Shown piece by piece: positions 50,917 through 60,300 of a stretch of DNA of 64,000 bases. Under the pieces are notes generated by a model, which searched no databases, was not told the DNA's origin, and saw nothing but the letters and a program-made list of their open reading frames with translations. Every line of letters starts with the position of its first letter. Within the stretch, counting starts at the first letter, position 1. This DNA comes from Promethearchaeota archaeon Loki_b31 (lineage in GTDB: Archaea > Asgardarchaeota > Lokiarchaeia > Sigyniarchaeales > SOKP01). The position numbers and the translations under genes are program-made. The stretch spans positions 19,921 through 83,920 of the forward strand of contig NJBI01000010.1 of the NCBI GenBank assembly GCA_005222975.1. Reading direction: 5' to 3'.

Positions 50917-52008
50917 TTATAAATATTTCTCAGCAACAGTATTAAATGCTTGTAAGAACTTATTATTTTCTTCTTTAGTTCCAATAGTTATTCTAATATA
51001 GTTATAAAGGTCCGGCTTACTGAAGTGTCGTACTAAGATTTTGATATCTTTTAAATCCCATAAAAATTTTAAAGTAGTTGATTTATCATCAAATTTAATA
51101 AAGATAAAATTCGCATCTGAGGGTAGCACGCTGATACCTGCATACTTATTAAGTATTTCTGACAATCTTTTTCTTTCTGTGATTATATTCTTATTTTGAT
51201 CGTATACTTTATTTCTATGTTTTATACAAGATAATGCTGCATGTTGTGCGATATAACTTGTATTAAAAGGTAATTTAACTCTATTCATTTCTTTAATGAT
51301 AGAAGCATCAGCTAAAGCGTATCCAATTCCTAAGGAAGCAAGTGAGAAAGCTTTTGAGAAAGATCTGCAAACAATTAAATTTTTTACATTTTTCAGTAAC
51401 GGTAAACACGTATATTCTGAGAAATCGGCGTATGTTTCATCCACTACAACAATTCCAGGAAAATTGTGGCAAATTTTAAGAATAATATCATTATCAAATG
51501 ACTTCCCGTTAGGATCGTTTGGTGAATTTATAAAGAGTAATTTTCCTTTTTGGTTATAAGCACTTTCTGGTATCGTAAAATTGTCATCTAATTTAATCTC
51601 GGTGATTTTTGCGCCATAAAGATTAGCTAAAACTTTATATAATCCAAAAGTGGGATAGAATATAATAACCTCATCTCCATGATTAACAAATACTTTGAAA
51701 ATTACATCCAAAATATCGCTGGAACCATTTCCTACAAAAACAGTATTTCTATTAGTTAATGTATCTTTATTTCTCAATAGTTGATTTAGAACCGCTTTAC
51801 GAACCTCAAGAGCTAATGAATCGGGGTATTTTCGTAATAAATCTTTATTTTCTATAGCTAATTTTAAATCATCTAGTATTTCTTGGATGGGGGGGTATGC
51901 GTTTTCAGTTGTGTTTAATTTTACCCAGCCGTCTCCTTCCGGTTGTTCTTCTGGTTCATAAGCGCTATAATTTCGAAGATTTTCTCTAAATAACTTTTCT
52001 AATTCCAT
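50917..52008 (-). CDS. hisC: Histidinol-phosphate aminotransferase family protein (divergent)
   Basis: KLNTTEN, YPD, GNGS, SFSKAFSLA, PSDANF and RITIGT motifs. Confidence 0.78.
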   Translation of the reverse strand: MELEKLFRENLRNYSAYEPEEQPEGDGWVKLNTTENAYPPIQEILDDLKLAIENKDLLRKYPDSLALEVRKAVLNQLLRNKDTLTNRNTVFVGNGSSDILDVIFKVFVNHGDEVIIFYPTFGLYKVLANLYGAKITEIKLDDNFTIPESAYNQKGKLLFINSPNDPNGKSFDNDIILKICHNFPGIVVVDETYADFSEYTCLPLLKNVKNLIVCRSFSKAFSLASLGIGYALADASIIKEMNRVKLPFNTSYIAQHAALSCIKHRNKVYDQNKNIITERKRLSEILNKYAGISVLPSDANFIFIKFDDKSTTLKFLWDLKDIKILVRHFSKPDLYNYIRITIGTKEENNKFLQAFNTVAEKYL

Positions 52009-52270
52009 CTCGATTACCTTTTTTTAAAATAGACTATTTGGTAGCAATTTCTTAATAATTTAATATGTTATAACATTTATTTTTTGTCTTTTAACTCCTC
52101 ATTCACTGATTTTTTAGAAACTTGCTGTCCTTCGAATTCAACTATTATAGTTGAGTTATCTTTTTTTTTCTATTTATAAAAGCAAGTGAAAAAACTTAAT
52201 TTTTAAATGTATGAAACCTATTAATTTTATAATATTATTTATAGAAGATAGAGATTAAGTATTTTTTAAA

Positions 52271-53137
52271 ATGCGATACGCAATCATGTTTGAGGTGTTG
52301 GAAGGCGGAGTAAGCAACCCTATAAAATGGAATAAAGACAGTCTCACAGCTGAAAGCAATATTATCATCTTAGATGAGGGGACTTCCTCTCTTTATTTAT
52401 GGTATGGGGCAAAACAAGGGTTAGTTTCAAGAAGAACTGCACTTAGACAAGCACAAGCACTAAGAGGGCATGGATTTACCGTCGGTAAAAGTATAGTCGG
52501 GAGAGATATTAGAGATTTAAAAGAAATTGATCAAAGGAAAATTGGTAGGGTTCTTGAAATCGACGAATTAAATGAGGACCTTCAAACATTATTAAATAGA
52601 GAGTATAAAGAATTAGATAATTTTGTTATTACATTTGAATTAAAAGAAATTGTAGAACCCGTTGCAAAAGTAATACCTAAACCTGAAACTAAGATTGTAT
52701 CAAAACCTGTGTCTAAACCCGAACCAGTAATCGAGCAAGAAACTCCTAAAGTTGTAAAAACAGAAATGAAATTTGCTTCTGAATACGACGATAAGCCAGA
52801 TCCTGTTTTAGAAAGCAAACCAACAGTAAAGCCATCAATATCTACTACAAAAGTTTCTACACCAGAACCCAAAGTTGCGCCTAAACCTGCGTTAAGTCTT
52901 TCCATCCAAGCTAAATTAGGATTTGTGTTAGTAGGAATTTTAGATCATTACGATGATATTTGGATTTCAATAAAAGAGGATGGGAGTTATTCCGTCGAAC
53001 ACATGGATGGAAGAGTATGTGAATTCTCAATTGTCGAAGGTAAGATTAAATTTACAGTAGATTCTTTTTCAGGCATTTCTACAAAGGTTAAAACTGAAAT
53101 ACAAAAGAAATTTGTAGAACTATCAAAGCTAATATAA
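52271..53137 (+). CDS. Gelsolin-like domain protein with Pro/Lys-rich linker
   Basis: SLTAESNIIILDEGTSSLYLWYG...RRTALRQAQAL matches the gelsolin-repeat core; PKPE/PV-rich linker. Confidence 0.7.
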   Translation: MRYAIMFEVLEGGVSNPIKWNKDSLTAESNIIILDEGTSSLYLWYGAKQGLVSRRTALRQAQALRGHGFTVGKSIVGRDIRDLKEIDQRKIGRVLEIDELNEDLQTLLNREYKELDNFVITFELKEIVEPVAKVIPKPETKIVSKPVSKPEPVIEQETPKVVKTEMKFASEYDDKPDPVLESKPTVKPSISTTKVSTPEPKVAPKPALSLSIQAKLGFVLVGILDHYDDIWISIKEDGSYSVEHMDGRVCEFSIVEGKIKFTVDSFSGISTKVKTEIQKKFVELSKLI

Positions 53138-53264
53138 TTCTTTTTTTCCTAATTTTTTATATATATTGGAATTTAAATTTTAAGCTATTTTCATTATTAT
53201 TAAGAAGAAGAGTTTCGATTCTTAGTGTTATATTTATTATTTTTAAAAATAATTTTGTAAAATT

Positions 53265-55022
53265 ATGAAATTCAAAACATTAGCAGTTTTATTTTCTGAT
53301 TTAGAGGCCACCCCAAAAAGGCTCGAAATGATCGATATCTTGTCAACATTTTTTGGAAATATAAAAAAGAATAAAAATTTTAAGGATTTAGATAAAATAA
53401 TCTATTTGTTGCAAGGCCAATTAGTTTCGAATATAAAACAATTTCCAAAAATCGGTCTTGCAGAAAAAATGATAATTGAAGCGCTATCTTTACATTCTAC
53501 TATCGAAAAAAAAAAAATAAAAGAAGTTCTAATAAAAATTGGAGATATTGGGGCTACTGCTGAATTAGTATTAACAAAAAAGAAAGAGCAAAAATATATA
53601 TTTGATTTTGAAGATAAACTAAGTGAATTGGAATCTTTATTAGAGATATCTGAATTATATTCTGCTTTACAGAAAATTGCCTTAAGTGAAGGATCAGGAT
53701 CGCAGGATGTGAAACTAAGAATTTTAAGAGGTTTAATGAGTAAAAGTTCTCCTTTAGAGACTAAATATCTATTACGCATAATTACATCAACTCTAAGAGT
53801 AGGTGTTTCAACTTTAACTATTATTGATGGGTTAGCTTTAGGGTTTACTGGCGTTAAAAAGAATAGAGAATTTATCGAAAAAGCCTATAATTTGCATCCT
53901 GATTTGGGAGATATTACAATAATTTTAGCAGAAAACGGTATAGAAGAAGTAAAAAAGATTAATATCAGTTATGGCGTTCCAATTCGAAGTATGCTTGCCT
54001 CTCGGGTTCCTTATGGAGAAATCATTGAAAAAACAGGTTCACCTTTAATAGCAGAATATAAATTAGACGGAGAGAGATTACAAATTCACAAGCATGGAGA
54101 TAATGTTTTACTCTTTTCACGGCGATTACTTGAGATATCTGAACAGTATCCAGACGTTTGTCAAATTGTACGTGAAAATGTGAAAGTAAATAACGCTATT
54201 ATTGAAGGTGAAGTTGTTGCTATGGATGTTTTTTACGAAAAGATGCTTCCCTTTCAAGTTTTAAGTAAAAGAAGGAGAAAGTATGACATCGAAGATGTTT
54301 CAAAAGAAGTTCCTGTCAGCTTATTTTTATTTGATTTGCTAAAAATTGAAGACGAATCCTATATAGAAAAACCATTCCTTGAACGACGTAAAAAATTAGA
54401 AGAAATTGTGAAGGAAAGGGATGAGATACATTTAGTTAAATCCGTTTTAATAAATACAACAGAAGAATTATTAGAGTTTTTTAATGAAGCACGAAATAAT
54501 GGAACGGAAGGAATTATTGCAAAATCTATTAAAGAGGAGTCTATATATCAAGCAGGGAACCGTGGTTTTCTCTGGATTAAGTTAAAGGGGTTGGAAGGAG
54601 GCAAATTAAGAGATTCTATAGATGTAGTATTAGTTGGTGCTTTCTATGGCAAAGGTCGAAGGACGGGCGTTTATGGAACATATATAGGTGCTGTATTTGA
54701 TCCTGTGGATAATAAATATATTGCTTTTACTCGATTCTTCTCAGGGTTAACTGACGAATTATCAGAATCCTTAACAAAAGATATGGAACAATATAAGGAA
54801 AAAAGAAAACCTAATAATGTTATTTGTGAAGATATTCCAGAGATTTGGTTTAATCCAGAAGTTGTAGTTGAAATTATCGGTGACGAGATCACTATTAGCG
54901 AGAAATTTTCTACTTTAGGATATTCCCTGCGATTCCCTGTTTTCCAGAGATTTCGACCAGAAAAAGGTCCAGAGGATATAACTACAGTTGATGAAATTAA
55001 AAAGTTTTATAATTCTCAATAA
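53265..55022 (+). CDS. lig: ATP-dependent DNA ligase
   Basis: EYKLDGERLQIH adenylation motif, EGEVV, EGIIAK, WIKLK and LRFP. Confidence 0.96.
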   Translation: MKFKTLAVLFSDLEATPKRLEMIDILSTFFGNIKKNKNFKDLDKIIYLLQGQLVSNIKQFPKIGLAEKMIIEALSLHSTIEKKKIKEVLIKIGDIGATAELVLTKKKEQKYIFDFEDKLSELESLLEISELYSALQKIALSEGSGSQDVKLRILRGLMSKSSPLETKYLLRIITSTLRVGVSTLTIIDGLALGFTGVKKNREFIEKAYNLHPDLGDITIILAENGIEEVKKINISYGVPIRSMLASRVPYGEIIEKTGSPLIAEYKLDGERLQIHKHGDNVLLFSRRLLEISEQYPDVCQIVRENVKVNNAIIEGEVVAMDVFYEKMLPFQVLSKRRRKYDIEDVSKEVPVSLFLFDLLKIEDESYIEKPFLERRKKLEEIVKERDEIHLVKSVLINTTEELLEFFNEARNNGTEGIIAKSIKEESIYQAGNRGFLWIKLKGLEGGKLRDSIDVVLVGAFYGKGRRTGVYGTYIGAVFDPVDNKYIAFTRFFSGLTDELSESLTKDMEQYKEKRKPNNVICEDIPEIWFNPEVVVEIIGDEITISEKFSTLGYSLRFPVFQRFRPEKGPEDITTVDEIKKFYNSQ

Positions 55023-55039
55023 AGAAAAAAATCTATATT

Positions 55040-56422
55040 TTAAATATAAACCTGAAGCCCCTTTTCTTCTAATTTTTTCAAAAAATAGGGGTAAATTTTA
55101 AGGTTATTTTCTGTTAAATATAATTCTTCTAAAAGATCAAGAGAATTAAGGGTATCTGGAAGTTTAGTTAATTTATTCCTAGACAAGTTTAAAATTTTTA
55201 AATTTTTTAAATTTCCAATTGTATCTGGAATCGTTTCTAACTGATTATCGCCTAAATTTAATAGCTCTAGGGAATTAAGTGAGCCTATTGACAATGGAAT
55301 GTTTACTAACTCGTTTCTTTCAAGATCTAAAGATTTTAGAGATGATAAATTACCTAATGAGGAAGGAATGGTAGTCATTAAATTCCAACTCAAATTCAAG
55401 GTTATTAATGATTTTAGGGATAAAATAGAATCCGGAATTTTTGTTAGTTTATTGTCGTGAAGATTTAAATCTTTTAGGTTTATTAAATTTCCAAAATCGT
55501 TAGGTAATAGTGTAAGCTGGTTTAGTCTTAAATTTAATTGTTCTAATGAGATTAAGGAACAGATTGAGGTTGGAAGATTTTGGAGTTCATTCTTCCAAAG
55601 TAACAATTCTTTAAGCTTAGAAAGCAAACCTATATTCTCAGGAAGTTTATTTAAATTATTTACATTTAAATTAAGGTATTCTAATGAAATTAAAGTGCTA
55701 ATCCACTCTGGAAGTTCTGTTATTTGATTATATCTTAAAGTTAATTTTTTGAGAGAAGTAAGGTATTTAATAGCAATAGGTAATTTTGTTAACCCTTTGA
55801 ACATAAAATCTAACTCCACAATTTTACAACGGTAAATGGTATACTTCAATCTCCAATAAGTCTTTTTCAAGTAAATCAATATAAAATAATTAATCAAAAT
55901 GTCAGCTAATTCCATACGAGTAAATGGTTTCGCACCCTCAGCAAAGCTCAATGTCTCAAAGCCTATTTTAAAATCTTTATCATCTATTTGTTTTATCTCG
56001 TGAATCAAGATGAGTTTTGCGATGCGATCATTTCTTTTTTCTAAGTTTTTAATTATATTTATTAATAAATCAAAAATCGTATCCAAACAAGTTTGAGATT
56101 CTTCATGATGAAGAGCCCATCTTAGTGGGTTCAAAGCTTTCTCTTTAAAATTATATAGTAAAATAAGAGCGGCTTCGTTTCTGATTTTTTCATCTGAGTC
56201 CGAAATAAGTAAATTTTCGAAGAATCTAAAAATCTCCTCCTTCTTTACGCCAGTATTTTTTAAATTATCCCCAATACTTCTTAAAATTTGAATGCTTTCG
56301 TAGCGGTCTTTAACTTTTGTACTATTTTCTATTAATGCGATTAGTTGTTTAACTGCCGATGATACATCGATTATTTTTTTGTTAAATTCGTCAAATATCT
56401 TAGTCGGTGTGCGTCTCGTAAT
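55040..56422 (-). CDS. HEAT-like plus leucine-rich-repeat protein, probable ATT start
   Basis: The frame extends 96 codons upstream of the track start (TRRTPTKIFDEF...FFENLLISDSDEKIR) and is colinear with the paralogs' N-termini. ATT at 56420-56422 follows GAGGGA and an in-frame TGA. About 10 LRRs of 23 aa. Confidence 0.85.
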   Translation of the reverse strand: MTRRTPTKIFDEFNKKIIDVSSAVKQLIALIENSTKVKDRYESIQILRSIGDNLKNTGVKKEEIFRFFENLLISDSDEKIRNEAALILLYNFKEKALNPLRWALHHEESQTCLDTIFDLLINIIKNLEKRNDRIAKLILIHEIKQIDDKDFKIGFETLSFAEGAKPFTRMELADILINYFILIYLKKTYWRLKYTIYRCKIVELDFMFKGLTKLPIAIKYLTSLKKLTLRYNQITELPEWISTLISLEYLNLNVNNLNKLPENIGLLSKLKELLLWKNELQNLPTSICSLISLEQLNLRLNQLTLLPNDFGNLINLKDLNLHDNKLTKIPDSILSLKSLITLNLSWNLMTTIPSSLGNLSSLKSLDLERNELVNIPLSIGSLNSLELLNLGDNQLETIPDTIGNLKNLKILNLSRNKLTKLPDTLNSLDLLEELYLTENNLKIYPYFLKKLEEKGLQVYI

Positions 56423-56435
56423 GTAAATCCCTCAA

Positions 56436-57935
56436 CTATTTATAAATTATTAATCCATTTTTTTCTAATTTACCCAAAAAATCGGGTGTTTCTTCAATAT
56501 TATTAAAGTTTAAATCTAGAATTTTCAATGATTTAAGATTCTCAAGAGATTCGGGAAGTTTTTTCAATTTATTCCCCCATAAACTCAATATCTCAAGAGA
56601 TTTAAGAGATCCCACACAATCGGGTAAATTTTCAAAACGATTCCAACTTAAATTTAAAACTTTTAAATTAATTAACGAGCTAAACGACTTAGGTAAAGAA
56701 GTTAAATTATTATTCCATAGAGTTAATTCTTTAAGCGTAGAAATTTTACCAATTGATTCAGGAAGTTCAATCAACTTATTATCAAATAATTGTAATATTT
56801 CTAATGATTGCAACGACCCAAGCCAAGAAGGAAGTGATGTCAATTTATTTCCTCCCAAACCCAATTTTTTAAGAAATTTAAGAGGCTTTACCCATTTAGG
56901 AAGTCTTTCTATATTGTTCAATCCCAAATCTAATTGTTTAAGAGAAGTCAATCGCTTGAAAGAACCCTTTAATTTGCTTAGATTGTTTCCGTGCAAATCT
57001 AAGACTTCTAACTTTGATATATTCTTTATTGTTTTTGGCAAAGAAGTTAATTCATTAGCTCTTAAATCTAGATGTTTTAACGATTTTAAAGAGCCAATAG
57101 AAAGTGGTAAACTTTTTAGTTTATTATATCTCAAATTCAACACATTCAAGGCCGTTAGTAAACCAATAGAATGAGGAATTGATTTAATTTTATTATAACT
57201 TAAATCTAAGTGAATCATTGAAAATAAAAAGCCAATAGTTTTAGGTATCATAGTAAGTCTATTAAATTTTAAATCTAGAATTTCTAATGATGTTAAAAAT
57301 TCCATAAAATCAGGAAATTTGTTCAAAATTGTCCATCCAAAAACGTGACTACTAACATCGGATAAATCTAATTCAAAAATCAGACCCTCTTTTACCTTAA
57401 AATTAATTTGACCAAATCTTTTTTCCAGATCGGCTACAATAAAATAATTCTCGATAATTCGTGAAAGTTCAAAACTCGAGAAACTTTCAATATCTCTTTT
57501 TTTAAATAAGAGATTTAAATTTTCAACAATTTTCTCATTTCTTATTTTTTTTATTTTATCAATTAACAAGGATTTTGATTGAGGAGTATTAATTTTTCCT
57601 AATATCTTTGAGATCGCTAACAAACATTTTAAGGATTCTTCATGTTTCAAAGCCCATCTCATTGGTTCAAAAGCATTATCCAAAAATAACTTTTCTATGA
57701 CTTTAATTGAATTAAACCTTATAGATTCATGAGAATCTGAAATGAGTAAATTTTCTAATAGTTTGAAAATATCATTAGATTTAGCATCAATCTGAGAGAG
57801 GGTGTTAATGCTTTCAATTCTTGAATCTAAATTATCACTATTGTCTATAATCGATATTAATTGATTTATCGCTGAAATTTTATCTAACTTCTTGTTCTTG
57901 TAATTTTTATTAATTAATTTTGGAGATAATTCCAT
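56436..57935 (-). CDS. HEAT-like plus leucine-rich-repeat protein
   Basis: LLENLLISDSHESIR N-domain followed by about 12 LxxLxLxxNxLxxLP repeats. Confidence 0.9.
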   Translation of the reverse strand: MELSPKLINKNYKNKKLDKISAINQLISIIDNSDNLDSRIESINTLSQIDAKSNDIFKLLENLLISDSHESIRFNSIKVIEKLFLDNAFEPMRWALKHEESLKCLLAISKILGKINTPQSKSLLIDKIKKIRNEKIVENLNLLFKKRDIESFSSFELSRIIENYFIVADLEKRFGQINFKVKEGLIFELDLSDVSSHVFGWTILNKFPDFMEFLTSLEILDLKFNRLTMIPKTIGFLFSMIHLDLSYNKIKSIPHSIGLLTALNVLNLRYNKLKSLPLSIGSLKSLKHLDLRANELTSLPKTIKNISKLEVLDLHGNNLSKLKGSFKRLTSLKQLDLGLNNIERLPKWVKPLKFLKKLGLGGNKLTSLPSWLGSLQSLEILQLFDNKLIELPESIGKISTLKELTLWNNNLTSLPKSFSSLINLKVLNLSWNRFENLPDCVGSLKSLEILSLWGNKLKKLPESLENLKSLKILDLNFNNIEETPDFLGKLEKNGLIIYK

Positions 57936-58029
57936 TAATTCTCGAAATTTGGTTTAATTATTTAAATTTTTTATTTTAATACATTAAATTTCTAATTTCA
58001 TTTTTTATAAAAAAAGAATTATTATAATT

Positions 58030-59934
58030 CTAAAAATATTTCTCTAAAGCAAGCGATTTAATTTTACTTATTGTGGGGTAACTACTTTGTTCATCCCAGC
58101 CTCGTTCGTCATAATAATCGTCTATTAATTTATTGGCAATATCTTGAGTAATAATTACTTCTCCGTAAAAATCTTGGAATTTAAGTACATTTTCTCCAAT
58201 TTTTAATGGTTTAAACCATCCGCTAGGGAATTTATCGTCCTTTCGAGAAAATCCTTCCTTTAAATTCATTAACTTCAATAAATTCCAAGAACGTTCAGCC
58301 GATAGTCTTAATTCTTCTTGATGTAAATTGAATCCAGTAATTAAATTGTATAAATCAGTTACTAATTCTAAACTATAAAATCTATTCATTTGAGCTCTAG
58401 CGCACAATCCTAGAGATGTTAGAACAGTGTACCAATCTTCAGAGTATCTCGTTAGTCGTCCAACATTTACGCCCATTTCTTTTTTGGGTGGATTAAAAAT
58501 TCTAGAGTAAGCGGTTTCGGGAATACCCATCCTGTTAAAATGGCTTTTCATTTTATCCGGAGTTCCCCCAGCGCCAACATAAGTTGGTGATCCACCCGAA
58601 GCTACATGAGCGCCTTTAGGATTTACTACTTGTTCAAATTCCATTGTTCCTAATCGCAAAAACCTAGGTTCGAATATAATATCTAAGCCTTTCACCGTAA
58701 GCATTTCGTTTGAAAATGTTTTATTTTGCTCAGCCAATTTTTTCCACCCATCTGCTAATAAATCCCCGAATCCTTCTCTTTTTGCTGTTATATCGATAAG
58801 GTGCTGAAAAGTCTTAAAATCCCGCTTCCACTCGAAACCTAGTACTTCATTGGTGAGAATATCTCGTTCATTCATTTTACTTATAAATTCGAATAATGCG
58901 GTCATAGTTAATGAGTCCAATCCATATCTACTAATTATATCAAAAACTTTTATCGCTTGGTCGTACGTGTCTAACCCATCAACAGTAAACATCATTAAGG
59001 GGTTAATTATTGAGGATGTGTAATTAATCAAACCGCTAAATTCTCCTTCACATATTTCAAGAATATCTTTATCAGCCATAGGACAAGATGGACAAGCAAT
59101 ACGTCTTTTTTTCATTTTTTTTAAGTACATTCTATCGCTACATTGGCGGGCTTTTTTCTTTTGACCTTTTGCGGTTAAGAACATGCCAACTGGCAAACTT
59201 CTTAACATACCCAATTCAATCCACGAATCTCTAAGAGGATATTTACGAATACGCTCAATAAAACTTGTATATAATTTATCAAACTTTTTTGGTTCTGCTA
59301 TTGGAATCCCTTTTGTCCCTTGAGTCAAAATAGCTTTAAGGTTTTTCGACCCCATAATTGCTCCAAGTCCACCACGCCCTAAAGTTGAAGTTTTATCTAT
59401 TAGCGTCATCGAAGATTTAACAAAATTTTCTCCCGCTTGTCCAATAGCAATTACTCCACTTGAACCATGTTTCCTCTTTAAATAATTAGTTGTCTCAATA
59501 ATATCTTTGCCCCATATTACTTTAGCTTTACATAATTCAACATAATCATCAGATATAAGTAAATATACTGGTTTTTCTGATTTTCCAGTTATAATTATAT
59601 GATCAAATCCCGCTTGCTTCAAGTTAAACGCAAAACTCATACTTCCGCAAGAATTAGCAACGGCTCCGGTCGCCGGAAACTTTGAAATTGCAACGGTTCG
59701 AGAAGAACCAGGTACAATAGTTCCTACTAAGGGGCCAGTTCCAAATATTATTAAATTTTTTGATGAAAATGGATCCGTTAACGGTTTGAATCGATCAGCA
59801 AAAAGTTTACAATTCATCCCGAATCCGCCAATGAACCTTTTAAGGTCTCTGACATCTTCATTAATAACTGACACTCTATTTTCTGTTAAATCAATGTCAA
59901 GTATATTTCCAGTGTAACCAAACCAATCCGTTAT
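58030..59934 (-). CDS. aor: Tungsten aldehyde:ferredoxin oxidoreductase family, probable ATA start
   Basis: GRGGLGAIMGSKNLKA, CPSCPMAD, GLD and YYDERGWD motifs. The conserved N-terminus FGYTGNILDIDLT lies upstream of the first GTG. ATA at 59932-59934 overlaps the upstream gene's TAA. Confidence 0.88.
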   Translation of the reverse strand: MTDWFGYTGNILDIDLTENRVSVINEDVRDLKRFIGGFGMNCKLFADRFKPLTDPFSSKNLIIFGTGPLVGTIVPGSSRTVAISKFPATGAVANSCGSMSFAFNLKQAGFDHIIITGKSEKPVYLLISDDYVELCKAKVIWGKDIIETTNYLKRKHGSSGVIAIGQAGENFVKSSMTLIDKTSTLGRGGLGAIMGSKNLKAILTQGTKGIPIAEPKKFDKLYTSFIERIRKYPLRDSWIELGMLRSLPVGMFLTAKGQKKKARQCSDRMYLKKMKKRRIACPSCPMADKDILEICEGEFSGLINYTSSIINPLMMFTVDGLDTYDQAIKVFDIISRYGLDSLTMTALFEFISKMNERDILTNEVLGFEWKRDFKTFQHLIDITAKREGFGDLLADGWKKLAEQNKTFSNEMLTVKGLDIIFEPRFLRLGTMEFEQVVNPKGAHVASGGSPTYVGAGGTPDKMKSHFNRMGIPETAYSRIFNPPKKEMGVNVGRLTRYSEDWYTVLTSLGLCARAQMNRFYSLELVTDLYNLITGFNLHQEELRLSAERSWNLLKLMNLKEGFSRKDDKFPSGWFKPLKIGENVLKFQDFYGEVIITQDIANKLIDDYYDERGWDEQSSYPTISKIKSLALEKYF

Positions 59935-60176
59935 TTCTCACCCTCCTTGAGTTCTAAAGCTCCATACAGACAAAAATTTGCACATTGCCCGCAGTGAGTA
60001 CATCCATCCAAGAACGAGATTTTTGGGATCAATTCGTAGACATCAACAATTTGAATAAAGGCTTCAGTAGGGGAATATTTATTCTTATATATGGAAGAAC
60101 AGATTAATTGACAGATTCTACATCCTGTACATCTTTCCTCGTGTATAATTATCTCAATTAATTTAGATTTTACCAA
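59931..60176 (-). CDS. 2x[4Fe-4S] ferredoxin (AOR partner)
   Basis: CTGCRICQLIC and CTHCGQCANFC motifs. Confidence 0.88.
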   Translation of the reverse strand: MVKSKLIEIIIHEERCTGCRICQLICSSIYKNKYSPTEAFIQIVDVYELIPKISFLDGCTHCGQCANFCLYGALELKEGEK

Positions 60177-60300
60177 AATAAATCAAATCTTTAACTTACT
60201 TTTACTAACTTGTAAATTTTATTAGGTTCACTATACTTAATGTGTAATAATTTGAGTTTTTAATACATATAGCTTTTTAAGTATTACATTAAAATAAAAA

